Assembly: GCA_964600565.1 (NCBI GenBank)
Contig: CAZRJS010000005.1
Location: forward strand, 1-39,119
Direction: 5' to 3'
From: Candidatus Woesearchaeota archaeon
GTDB lineage: Archaea > Nanobdellota > Nanobdellia > Pacearchaeales > GW2011-AR1
DNA: 39,119 nucleotides
Shown: piece after piece, positions 25,819 through 33,888 of the stretch
Layout: every line of letters starts with the position of its first letter
Position numbering within the stretch: position 1 is the stretch's first letter
Made by a program: the position numbers and the translations under genes
Notes under the pieces: generated by a model
What the model was told of the DNA's origin: nothing
The model's input: only the letters and a program-made list of their open reading frames with translations
The model's database searches: none

Positions 25819-26226
25819 ATGGGAGATAAATCAAAATACACTTTTGAGATTAAACTTAGATATTTAAATTCAGACTTACTAAGAAAAAATAATCATTTCC
25901 AATCAAAATTAGAAGAGACAATTCAATTGGGAAGAGACAGTGGAATTAATATTGAAATTGGAATATATCCGGAAATAACATCAGAACTAAAAAATAAAGT
26001 AGAAGTTTATTTTTCTAATAAGACTTATAAGGGATTTAAATTAAATTTTAATCTAAAAAAATTAGAAAGATCTAACTTAGACCCAGCTACAATTTATGCT
26101 GTGACAGAAAAGATTGATTTTAAAGAATGTGTGGGAGATGATGAAAACTGGGAAACTGCCTTAGCAGATATTGGAAAAGAATTTGGTGTATACTTAAAAC
26201 CTAAATATTTGTTTAAAGAAATTTAA
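25819..26226 (+). CDS. hypothetical protein, tandem paralog 1 (135 aa)
   Basis: Shares YPEITSELKNKVEVYF, IYAVTEKI and NWETALADIGKEFGVYLK blocks with the next gene. No family recognised. Confidence 0.55.
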   Translation: MGDKSKYTFEIKLRYLNSDLLRKNNHFQSKLEETIQLGRDSGINIEIGIYPEITSELKNKVEVYFSNKTYKGFKLNFNLKKLERSNLDPATIYAVTEKIDFKECVGDDENWETALADIGKEFGVYLKPKYLFKEI

Positions 26227-26304
26227 GAACAATTATCTAATAAATTATTAAAAATTATACTAAATAATATAAATCCTTATAAAATCTATTTTTTTTATTG
26301 TAAA

Positions 26305-26712
26305 ATGGTAAGCGAGCTAGATTATACTATAAATATAGAATTAAAACATCTAGGTCCAGAAGGGCTTAGTGATGATAAAGAACTTTTATTAAGTTTAGAA
26401 AATATTGTTGTTTTAGCAAAAGAGAAAGGAATTGATGTTAGAGTTGATAAATATCCTGAAATCACATCAGATTTAATAGATAAAGTTGGAGAGTATTTTA
26501 CTAAAACTACTCATTTAGGATATGAAGAAAAGGCTGGAAGACTTAAACTCAAAAGATTAGAGATATCAACTGTAGATTCAGATATTATTTATGCAGTAAC
26601 AGGTAAGGTCCCCCTAGATTTAAAAAGAGATTCTAAATGGGAAGAAGGGTTAGAAAACATCGGAGAAGAGTTGGGTGTATTTTTAAGAGTTAATTATTCT
26701 TCTGAGGATTAA
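26305..26712 (+). CDS. hypothetical protein, tandem paralog 2 (135 aa)
   Basis: Shares YPEITSDLIDKVGEYF, IYAVTGKV and KWEEGLENIGEELGVFLR blocks with the previous gene. Confidence 0.55.
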   Translation: MVSELDYTINIELKHLGPEGLSDDKELLLSLENIVVLAKEKGIDVRVDKYPEITSDLIDKVGEYFTKTTHLGYEEKAGRLKLKRLEISTVDSDIIYAVTGKVPLDLKRDSKWEEGLENIGEELGVFLRVNYSSED

Positions 26713-26721
26713 AAAATATAT

Positions 26722-27354
26722 TTAACCTAAATATCTTACTTTTCCAGGATAAGGTTCAAATACAATTCCCTCTTCAATAAACTTCTGAATTTCCTGGTTT
26801 ATTATTTCAGGTGAAATTTCTTGAAGAGTCATTATTAATTTATCCCTCTCTATCCCCCCCTCAACCTCTGCATTTTTTATAGTCCCAAGTATCTTGTCTT
26901 TAACAGCAGTAATTTGCTCTTTGCCCAAAATATCTTTTCCTTTAGATTTTTGTTTTTCAACTTCTAATTTTCTTACCAAAAGATATTTAGGATCACTTTT
27001 TCTTATTATTTCAGGTGCAATATAAAGTTCATTATTATAATTTCTCAAAAGTCCTATCACAATAACTGTATCTCCTTGATTTAAATCTTTAAATTTCAAA
27101 ACATCATCTCCAAAAATTTTCAAACTTATCTGCCCAGAACCATCATCAATTTTCAAAAAAACATATTTTTTCCCTGTTTCAGAATTTTCATTTTCAAATA
27201 CCTCTATGATATTGCCAATAACATTTACTCTTATTATTTTTTTATCACCTAATTCAAGAAAAGAAAATCTATCTCCCTCCATTATAGTCTTGCCTATTAA
27301 TAAATCTCCAATTCTTTTCTTAAATGCTATATTTCTCTTAAACTGATCTGTCAT
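26722..27354 (-). CDS. OB-fold nucleic-acid-binding protein with C-terminal winged-helix (RPA32/Stn1-like layout)
   Basis: OB-like core IIRVNVIGNIIEVF...YVFLKIDDGSGQISLKIFGDD...GDTVIVIGLLRNYNNELYI and a C-terminal wH-like segment EISPEIINQEIQKFIEEGIVFEPYPGKV. It starts 1 nt after the upstream gene's stop. Confidence 0.5.
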   Translation of the reverse strand: MTDQFKRNIAFKKRIGDLLIGKTIMEGDRFSFLELGDKKIIRVNVIGNIIEVFENENSETGKKYVFLKIDDGSGQISLKIFGDDVLKFKDLNQGDTVIVIGLLRNYNNELYIAPEIIRKSDPKYLLVRKLEVEKQKSKGKDILGKEQITAVKDKILGTIKNAEVEGGIERDKLIMTLQEISPEIINQEIQKFIEEGIVFEPYPGKVRYLG

Positions 27355-27355
27355 T

Positions 27356-27886
27356 TTAAATAATTGTTTTTAAAACTTTTTCTATAATATCACTCTCAGG
27401 AGTAGATAAATTGTTTTTTAAACTTATATATTTAACATTAAATATTTTTAATATTTTATCAAATTTTTCCTCAATATCTCTTTGAAATTTTTTATTTGTT
27501 GATCTTATTTTATCCTTTGTTAAAAACCCTTGTCTAATTGGAATTTTTAATAAAGAACTATATGTTTTTAGATGAGCCCTAATCAAAGGTTCTAAAAAAT
27601 CAGATCTCCCAAATTTATTGACATAATAAACATAATAATCAATAACACTTCTATCACTAACTAAAATATTACATCTTTCCTCAATTTCCATTTCAGAAGT
27701 TATTTGTTTCAAAATCATCCAAATCTGTGATTTTTTTGTAGTTTTTTCATTTATGGGAAAGGGGCATTGCCTAGCAATTTCACCTAAAAAATCTACATCA
27801 AATCCTCTCTTCTTTAATTTAGAAACAATTTCATGCACAATAGTTGTCTTGCCTGTTCCATGTGTTCCTATTAATGCTATTTTCAT
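27356..27886 (-). CDS. P-loop NTPase (AAA_28/NadR-kinase-like)
   Basis: Walker A IGTHGTGKTT, a Walker-B-like ILVSDRS, 176 aa. It starts 15 nt after the MCM stop. Confidence 0.6.
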   Translation of the reverse strand: MKIALIGTHGTGKTTIVHEIVSKLKKRGFDVDFLGEIARQCPFPINEKTTKKSQIWMILKQITSEMEIEERCNILVSDRSVIDYYVYYVNKFGRSDFLEPLIRAHLKTYSSLLKIPIRQGFLTKDKIRSTNKKFQRDIEEKFDKILKIFNVKYISLKNNLSTPESDIIEKVLKTII

Positions 27887-27901
27887 TTTTTAGATTTATT
27901 T

Positions 27902-29935
27902 TTATTGTGTTCTACTTATATAACCTTTACGAGGCTCATATAAATCTCCTTTCTTTTTTAGTTCTATAATTGCTTCATCAATATCTATTTTTTCCATTTT
28001 TCCTTCAAGTTCATTTTCAATTTCTTTAAGGGGAACCATTTTTCCTAATTTTCCCTCTAATTCTATGATTATCCTATTAACAACCAAAACCCTGCTTCTT
28101 TGTGAGGCTGTTTTTCCTAATTGTATCTTATCAATATCAAATGTTTTTGATTCATAATCATAACCCACTTGCATTAGATAATCTCTCATTATTTTTATAG
28201 CAATTCTTGCATCATCTTTTGTTACTGTATGACTTAATCTTATCTTTGCAGAAGCCTGAGACATTCTTATTAAAGCTTCTAATTGTCTTGCGGAAATTGG
28301 AATAGGTCTTATAGCACTTTCTGAAGATACAGGTTTATTTCTTAAATCAACATAAAATTTTTTTATTTCAGAAGAAGCTTCATCATTTAAAATAGGTTTT
28401 ATTCTCTGTTTTGCATAAGCTACATATTTTCTAAAAAGCTCTCTAGGAACCAGCATATCACTTGTACTTTTTTTATGTTCAGCCAGAACATGCAAGGCTA
28501 TCTGATCATCTTTTTTTCTATCCGGAATATCCCTTAAAGTAAAAATTATATCAAAACGATTTATTAAGGTGGGAGGGATATCAATTTGTTGAGCAATAGA
28601 TTGATAAGGGTCAAATCTACCAAATTTTGGATTTGCTGCTGCTAAAACAGAGGTCTCAGCACGAAGTGTGGCCTGAACATTTGCCTTGCTTATTGTCACA
28701 GTTTGTTGCTCCATTGCCTCGTGCATTGCACTTCTATCTTGAGGATCCATTTTTTCCAACTCATCTATACAAACAAGTCCTTTATTTGACAAAACCATTG
28801 CTCCTGCTTCTAAAGACCATCCTCTTAAATACTCATCACGCACAACTGTTGCAGTAAGGCCTGCTCCAGAAGTAGATTTTCCTACAACATATCTTCCTTT
28901 AGGAGAAATATTTGCCATAAAGGTTAAGGTAACAGATTTAGCCACCCCTGGATCTCCTACTAAAAGAATATGAATATCTCCTCTTTTTTTCTGCCCATCT
29001 CTTGATGTTTTTGGAACACCTGAAAATAATTGGAGGACAAGAGATTTTTTTATTTCACTATATCCCCATACACTAGGGGTAATACTGCTAGCAAGTTTTT
29101 CAAATATCTGGGGATCTTCAGCAAGTTCTAATATTTGTTTTTCATCTTCTTCTGTAATATCAAGGTCTTCAAAAGTTTCTTCTAAAGGAATTAAATTAAT
29201 TGCCTCAATTGCTATTTCAAATCTTGTTGATAATCCTCCTGTACTTAATGGAACAGGAACTTCTTTTAATACCCCTATAACTTTTACCCTGCTTCCAGGT
29301 GTTGTTTTTTCCTCCATTTTTGGCTCAACTAAATCTTCTTTTACAAAAACTGTAACTCTTTTTGGTTGTTCTCCACCTGACAATGATTCAGGGGATTCTT
29401 CAATTATTAATCTTTGAGTATCAACCATATCTTTACTAATAAGTTTAAAACCACCTTTTCTTCCGCAAGAACATCTTGAGGGTTCTCTAAATTTTTTATC
29501 AATTTGTAAAACAGAAATTACTGTCCCGCAACTAGGACATTCAAATTTAGCATTAACTACCTGGGGCCTTACTTCAGAAGCTTGTCTGATAATACCCTCT
29601 ACTGTAATCAGTTCGTTAATATGCTTAGAACGAATACTTCTAATTTTAATTTCTTGTGATTTGGAAAGATTATAAAGTCTTGCCCTTACATTGCTCACAA
29701 GCCCTGATTCTTCTATTGCTAATTCAATAAGCTTTAGAGTTTCTTCAGGATTTGTGATTATTTCATCAGAAAGACCACTAGAAAACTCAGTAATTTTCAT
29801 AAAATCAATATAAATAACATTTGCTCCTTCGCGTAATGAAGCCCCTATTTCTTTTTTATAAAAATCAAAAAAATTCTTAGATTCACTTATTATCTCATCT
29901 TGTTTAAGTCTTTTTCCTTGAGTTTGTTCAGGCAT
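27902..29935 (-). CDS. mcm: replicative helicase MCM
   Basis: Zinc finger CPSCG...CSCG, Walker A GDPGVAKS, Walker B CIDELEKM, arginine-finger region SVLAAANP and a C-terminal wH; 677 aa with no intein. Confidence 0.9.
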   Translation of the reverse strand: MPEQTQGKRLKQDEIISESKNFFDFYKKEIGASLREGANVIYIDFMKITEFSSGLSDEIITNPEETLKLIELAIEESGLVSNVRARLYNLSKSQEIKIRSIRSKHINELITVEGIIRQASEVRPQVVNAKFECPSCGTVISVLQIDKKFREPSRCSCGRKGGFKLISKDMVDTQRLIIEESPESLSGGEQPKRVTVFVKEDLVEPKMEEKTTPGSRVKVIGVLKEVPVPLSTGGLSTRFEIAIEAINLIPLEETFEDLDITEEDEKQILELAEDPQIFEKLASSITPSVWGYSEIKKSLVLQLFSGVPKTSRDGQKKRGDIHILLVGDPGVAKSVTLTFMANISPKGRYVVGKSTSGAGLTATVVRDEYLRGWSLEAGAMVLSNKGLVCIDELEKMDPQDRSAMHEAMEQQTVTISKANVQATLRAETSVLAAANPKFGRFDPYQSIAQQIDIPPTLINRFDIIFTLRDIPDRKKDDQIALHVLAEHKKSTSDMLVPRELFRKYVAYAKQRIKPILNDEASSEIKKFYVDLRNKPVSSESAIRPIPISARQLEALIRMSQASAKIRLSHTVTKDDARIAIKIMRDYLMQVGYDYESKTFDIDKIQLGKTASQRSRVLVVNRIIIELEGKLGKMVPLKEIENELEGKMEKIDIDEAIIELKKKGDLYEPRKGYISRTQ

Positions 29936-30023
29936 AAATAAAGAATAATTAATTGATTTTTATAGATTGTTATTGAAAAAAACAAGTTTATTAATAAGAT
30001 TATCTATTAATTGGTGGTAAAAA

Positions 30024-30734
30024 TCATCTAATTGCATATTTCCATAAAATCTCAAAATGACTTTTATAAGATTCAGCTATCTCTTTATTTTTAATTAAAA
30101 TTACTAAAGGTTTTTGAGTAAGAAGATGAATTGAAACATAATCTCCAAAAATTCCGGTTGTTGCATTACTTTTTATATCGAGATATTTAAATTTTATATA
30201 TTTAAGTGAATTCATTTCATGAGATTCATAATGTTTAGAAGTAATGATTCTAGCAGAATAACCTTTATTTTTCAATTTCTTTGATTGTGATTGTAATTCA
30301 TATAACAAATCATATGCCTTACCTGTTGCTCCAAATATACATAGATTTTTGTATTTAATCATTAATCTGAAAAAAGTCTTTAATCCTCCTTTTCCTTCAT
30401 ATATTTTAATTTCATAAGGAGAGTCTTTTATTTGTTTGATTTTTTTTAATTGAGAAATTAATTTTTTTGTTAAAAATTCTTTTTCTTTTAGGGAATTTAA
30501 TAAATTTTCAGGATTTTCTGATTTGAAAAACTTTTTATTTGATTTTATTACATAACTAATCATACCTTTTTCTATTAGATTATTCAAAAGAGTATAAACC
30601 AATGTTCTATCCATAGAAATTTTTTTAGCGATTTCATTTGCAGATAATTCTCCTTTTCTAAATAATTCTAAATATACTTTTGATTCATTCCCAGTTAGTC
30701 CTGATTCTTTTAGCCTTTCTTGGAATTCATCCAT
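30024..30734 (-). CDS. TrmB-family transcriptional regulator
   Basis: N-terminal wHTH LTGNESKVYLELFRKGELSANEIAKKISMDRTLVYTLLNNLIEKGMISY followed by a TrmB-type C-terminal domain. Confidence 0.75.
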   Translation of the reverse strand: MDEFQERLKESGLTGNESKVYLELFRKGELSANEIAKKISMDRTLVYTLLNNLIEKGMISYVIKSNKKFFKSENPENLLNSLKEKEFLTKKLISQLKKIKQIKDSPYEIKIYEGKGGLKTFFRLMIKYKNLCIFGATGKAYDLLYELQSQSKKLKNKGYSARIITSKHYESHEMNSLKYIKFKYLDIKSNATTGIFGDYVSIHLLTQKPLVILIKNKEIAESYKSHFEILWKYAIR

Positions 30735-30820
30735 AAACTAAAAAATTTTTAGAACTATAAAAATGTTGTTATTATTTATAACAACTTAAATTTAAAAAGA
30801 TAAATTGGAAAAGAGTTTTT

Positions 30821-31165
30821 ATGAAAATAATAAAAAATTTAGATTCTCTATCAATAAGTAAAGATTATTTTAAAAATGAAGATTATCTTAAAAGTACTGG
30901 TGAATTTGATGCATATAAGGAACGAATAAACAGAAAAATTCAAAGGAGAAAAAGAATAACAATTGTTGTCCTCCCGTTATTAGTTATGTTAGCTGGATAT
31001 ACTTATATTGGGTATAGTACTTCAAAATATCTTCATCAAAAAGGTTTTTCTCTAAAAGAAATAGAAAATATAAGATTTGTAGAAAAAGAGGATTCTATTG
31101 ATCCTTTAAAATTCGTAACAACACCTGGGAGAAAGTTATACTATCATACTCATAATATTGAATAA
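30821..31165 (+). CDS. single-pass membrane protein, unknown function
   Basis: 114 aa with one TM helix ITIVVLPLLVMLAGYTYIGY. Divergent from the TrmB gene. Confidence 0.45.
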   Translation: MKIIKNLDSLSISKDYFKNEDYLKSTGEFDAYKERINRKIQRRKRITIVVLPLLVMLAGYTYIGYSTSKYLHQKGFSLKEIENIRFVEKEDSIDPLKFVTTPGRKLYYHTHNIE

Positions 31166-31261
31166 TTACTTTAAATATTAAAAATGGAGATATTTAATAT
31201 AACAAATTCATTATAAGAAACTGTGAATAATTATCTGCGCAGCACGACGCAAGAGCATTCT

Positions 31262-31435
31262 TTATTTGAGCAACCTGTATTTTGATGTTTCAATTAATGC
31301 AATTCCTACAACAAGAATGATTATTTGAATGGATATTGGAATATCCTGATTTCCTAAGAACATTAAAATTGTGCTAATTAAAATAAATATAATCCCTATT
31401 ATGAATTTAATTAAACTTTGTAATTTATTTTTCAT
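31262..31435 (-). CDS. possible 57-aa two-TM membrane peptide (below the ORF-track cut-off)
   Basis: My translation is MKNKLQSLIKFIIGIIFILISTILMFLGNQDIPISIQIIILVVGIALIETSKYRLLK*. It has two clean hydrophobic helices and an ATG start. Confidence 0.35.
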   Translation of the reverse strand: MKNKLQSLIKFIIGIIFILISTILMFLGNQDIPISIQIIILVVGIALIETSKYRLLK

Positions 31436-31744
31436 ATAATTAAAATATACTTTGATTTACAATATTTTTTAGTTTTGTGCAACATCACAATTAAGGAACA
31501 TAAAGAACTCAAGCTGAAAGAAAAATTTGGGAAAATTCTGCAAGGATTTTCTGTTTAATCTGCTATTCATTTTCCCGAGCGAATGAAAGGGGGTAAGATC
31601 TTACAAGAATATTTTTAACTAGGTAAAGGAAGTTTTTTCTTCGGTGTTAAAAGAAATTTAAATCTCCATTTTTTAGTATGAGAAAGCGAGCGATTTATTT
31701 TTCAACAACAAAAGTCTTATATAGTTATACAAGTATGTATAACC

Positions 31745-32029
31745 ATGCCACAAGCAATGTTAAAAAGAAATATTTTACATTATCCTCAATTAGACACAAT
31801 TTTGAGGATGGAAGATTTTATTAGAGAAAACTCTGGAGAATACAAGAAAAAAGCTCTTTGGGAATCCCTACCTAAAAAAATGATTTATCAGACTTTTTGT
31901 GTAATTTTCGATTATCTTTCAGAATCTGGAAAAATAGCTCAAGACAAGGAAGGATGGATTGTTTGGATTTGGAATCCAGAACTCGTCCAAAAATATCTAA
32001 ATAAACCTAATTTAAGTTGGAGAAAATGA
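31745..32029 (+). CDS. small winged-helix-like protein, putative antitoxin (copy 2)
   Basis: 94 aa, homologous by eye to 10192..10470. TCTTATATAG box about 30 nt upstream. ATGA overlap with the next gene. Confidence 0.45.
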   Translation: MPQAMLKRNILHYPQLDTILRMEDFIRENSGEYKKKALWESLPKKMIYQTFCVIFDYLSESGKIAQDKEGWIVWIWNPELVQKYLNKPNLSWRK

Positions 32030-32355
32030 AGTCGGAAATAAAATTTGCAGATGAAAAAATTCAGAAGAATTTTAAAGAATTAAAAGATTCCAAGACAGAA
32101 GATAAAAAATTATATAAATGGATTTGTCAAGCTTTTGAAAACTTAGAAGAAAATGGTTTTAGTGGAATTAGAATACAAAAAAGACTAATCCCTAAAGTTT
32201 ATATTAAAAAATATGAAATAGATAATTTATGGAAATATGATCTACCTAAAGGATGGCGTTTAATTTATTCTGTAGCAAATGGAGAGATTAAAATTTTATC
32301 AATTATTTTGGAATGGATAAGTCATAAAGATTATGAAAGAAGATTTAAGTATTGA
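32026..32355 (+). CDS. RelE/ParE-superfamily-like toxin (copy 2)
   Basis: LPKGWRLIYSV...IKILSIILEWISHKDYERRF matches the copy 1 pattern. The track start at 32017 is a TTG. The ATG at 32026 forms an ATGA overlap with the upstream stop, exactly as in copy 1. Confidence 0.5.
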   Translation: MKSEIKFADEKIQKNFKELKDSKTEDKKLYKWICQAFENLEENGFSGIRIQKRLIPKVYIKKYEIDNLWKYDLPKGWRLIYSVANGEIKILSIILEWISHKDYERRFKY

Positions 32356-32527
32356 GATTCTTCAAAGTTGTCTAAAAATTCATTTTCAAAATTAATTTCT
32401 TAAAATTCGTATCCTTTATAATGAATAAATCCAGATCTAGTAAAATTATTGTTTGAAACTCTTACCCTTCAATATTTGCCCTGATTTATTCTTAAAAAGA
32501 AATGGAATTTTTATTAAATATAACCTC

Positions 32528-32625
32528 GCGATTAAGAGAAATCATGCGTAGCACGATTTGGGTGTAGCGGAGTGCAACGGAGCAGAATTTTAATCGCTGT
32601 TATACGTTTTTTCTGCAAGAAAAAA
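32528..32625 (+). ncRNA. candidate structured RNA or remnant in a locally GC-richer patch (class unknown)
   Basis: Perfect 8-bp stem GCGATTAA (32528-32535) / TTAATCGC (32590-32597) enclosing a G/C-rich 54-nt segment. This is followed by the hairpin TTTTTTCT-GCA-AGAAAAAA (32607-32625). Strand and reality are uncertain. Confidence 0.2.
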
Positions 32626-32745
32626 TCGCCGAAGGTGAAAGTATGACGCAGATAGGCACACTATATTAAAAATTAAATAGTAAAAATATCTATATAAATA
32701 AATTCCAGAATATTTATCTAGGTTTATAATTTTCCATAATTTAGA

Positions 32746-32907
32746 ATGAAATATGGAATAAAAGTTAAAACATTTCAATCTGCAGGGAGATATCAGCACA
32801 AAGTATATGATATTGGGGTAAAGCCAGATAGAGTTGGGGAACTCAGCAATGATTTTATTGAAGCTCAAAAAAGAGTGAATGAAAAATTATGGGATGAATT
32901 GCCTTAA
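32746..32907 (+). CDS. possible 53-aa ORF (below the ORF-track cut-off)
   Basis: My translation is MKYGIKVKTFQSAGRYQHKVYDIGVKPDRVGELSNDFIEAQKRVNEKLWDELP*. The composition is protein-like and TTTATAA lies about 20 nt upstream. It is more plausible than the antisense track ORF 32590..32868. Confidence 0.3.
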   Translation: MKYGIKVKTFQSAGRYQHKVYDIGVKPDRVGELSNDFIEAQKRVNEKLWDELP

Positions 32908-33027
32908 GGAGCTACAGGATTAGTTACTATAATACAATATAAGGCTCCAAAAAAATAAAATTAATATTTTTACTATTTCTATAAATAAGTGCCTACAGAG
33001 CAATATTGCGTTTAACATATATTACAT

Positions 33028-33591
33028 CTACTTTTTATAATTCTTCAATGCAACCTTAACATCTTTTAAAAGTTGTACCATGCTATGTTCAAGTTGCTGT
33101 TTATTTTTTGTTCCAGTGCAAACAAGTTTTCCATTTGTAAAAAGGAGAAATGTTGCATTTGGTTCTAGTAATTTATATACCAAACCAGGGAATTGCTCAG
33201 GCTCATATTCTGTATTTTGCATTTCAATAGCAAGAAAATTTAAATTAAGTTTTAAATTTATTGAACCAGAAGCCACAATATTTTGAACAGTAATTTTTGG
33301 TTTTGCAGTTATATTTACATTTATTTTTCTCAATTGTTTTATAACAGCTTCAAGAACTTTTCTTACCTGAACAACAGATTTTGTTCCAGTACACACTATA
33401 TTCCCTGAAGAGAAAACAAGAACAGCTGATTTTGGCTCTTTTATTCTTAAAACTAAACCAGGAAATGTTTCAGGATTATATTCTGTATTTGGTTGTGTGC
33501 GAGCAAGTTTTGTTAAGGGGATCGGTTTTCCTAATGAAGTTGTTGCTACAATATTTTGAATCTTGTACTCGCTATCTTTTTTGTTAGTCAT
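33028..33591 (-). CDS. tbp: TATA-box binding protein
   Basis: Two direct TBP repeats (IQNIVATTSLG...FPGLVLRIKEPKSAVLVFSSGNIVCTG and VQNIVASGSIN...FPGLVYKLLEPNATFLLFTNGKLVCTG). Confidence 0.9.
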   Translation of the reverse strand: MTNKKDSEYKIQNIVATTSLGKPIPLTKLARTQPNTEYNPETFPGLVLRIKEPKSAVLVFSSGNIVCTGTKSVVQVRKVLEAVIKQLRKINVNITAKPKITVQNIVASGSINLKLNLNFLAIEMQNTEYEPEQFPGLVYKLLEPNATFLLFTNGKLVCTGTKNKQQLEHSMVQLLKDVKVALKNYKK

Positions 33592-33738
33592 TTTAATTAC
33601 TAAAAAAAATCTATTTATAAATGCTTCGACGGGAAATAAAAATTATTTACTTAAAAAATAAGGTGTTAATAAAATTATTAACTACATAATTATCCTGAAA
33701 ATTTCTATTTATAATATTAATAAGGACTATTAAATAAA

Positions 33739-33817
33739 ATATTTATTTCAGAAAAAACTACTTATAGCATAAAAGAAAAGTAATTAATAAAAAATTAGTT
33801 ATCAATAAATCTCTTAA
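33739..33817. repeat. 79-nt intergenic repeat, copy B (upstream of TBP)
   Basis: See 16947-17025; 68 of 79 identical by hand alignment. Confidence 0.7.
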
Positions 33818-33888
33818 CAAAAAATTTACAGAATTAAGTTTAGGTTTACTAAAGACCAAAATAAAAATATAAAAATTGTTATAAAAAT

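Noticed and set aside
31236-31247. TGCGCAGCACGA at 31236-31247 versus TGCGTAGCACGA at 32545-32556, considered as att-like direct repeats bracketing the second TA-like module.
   Set aside because: The match is only 11 of 12 nt and was found post hoc between two GC-rich patches. There is no integrase or tRNA fragment. It is kept only as a weak remark under the decayed-islet finding.
32590-32868. 92-aa minus-strand track ORF in the long spacer after the second toxin-like gene.
   Set aside because: Its translation is an implausible F/Y/I/L/C-rich string. It overlaps the GC-rich hairpin region and a more protein-like 53-aa ORF on the opposite strand.
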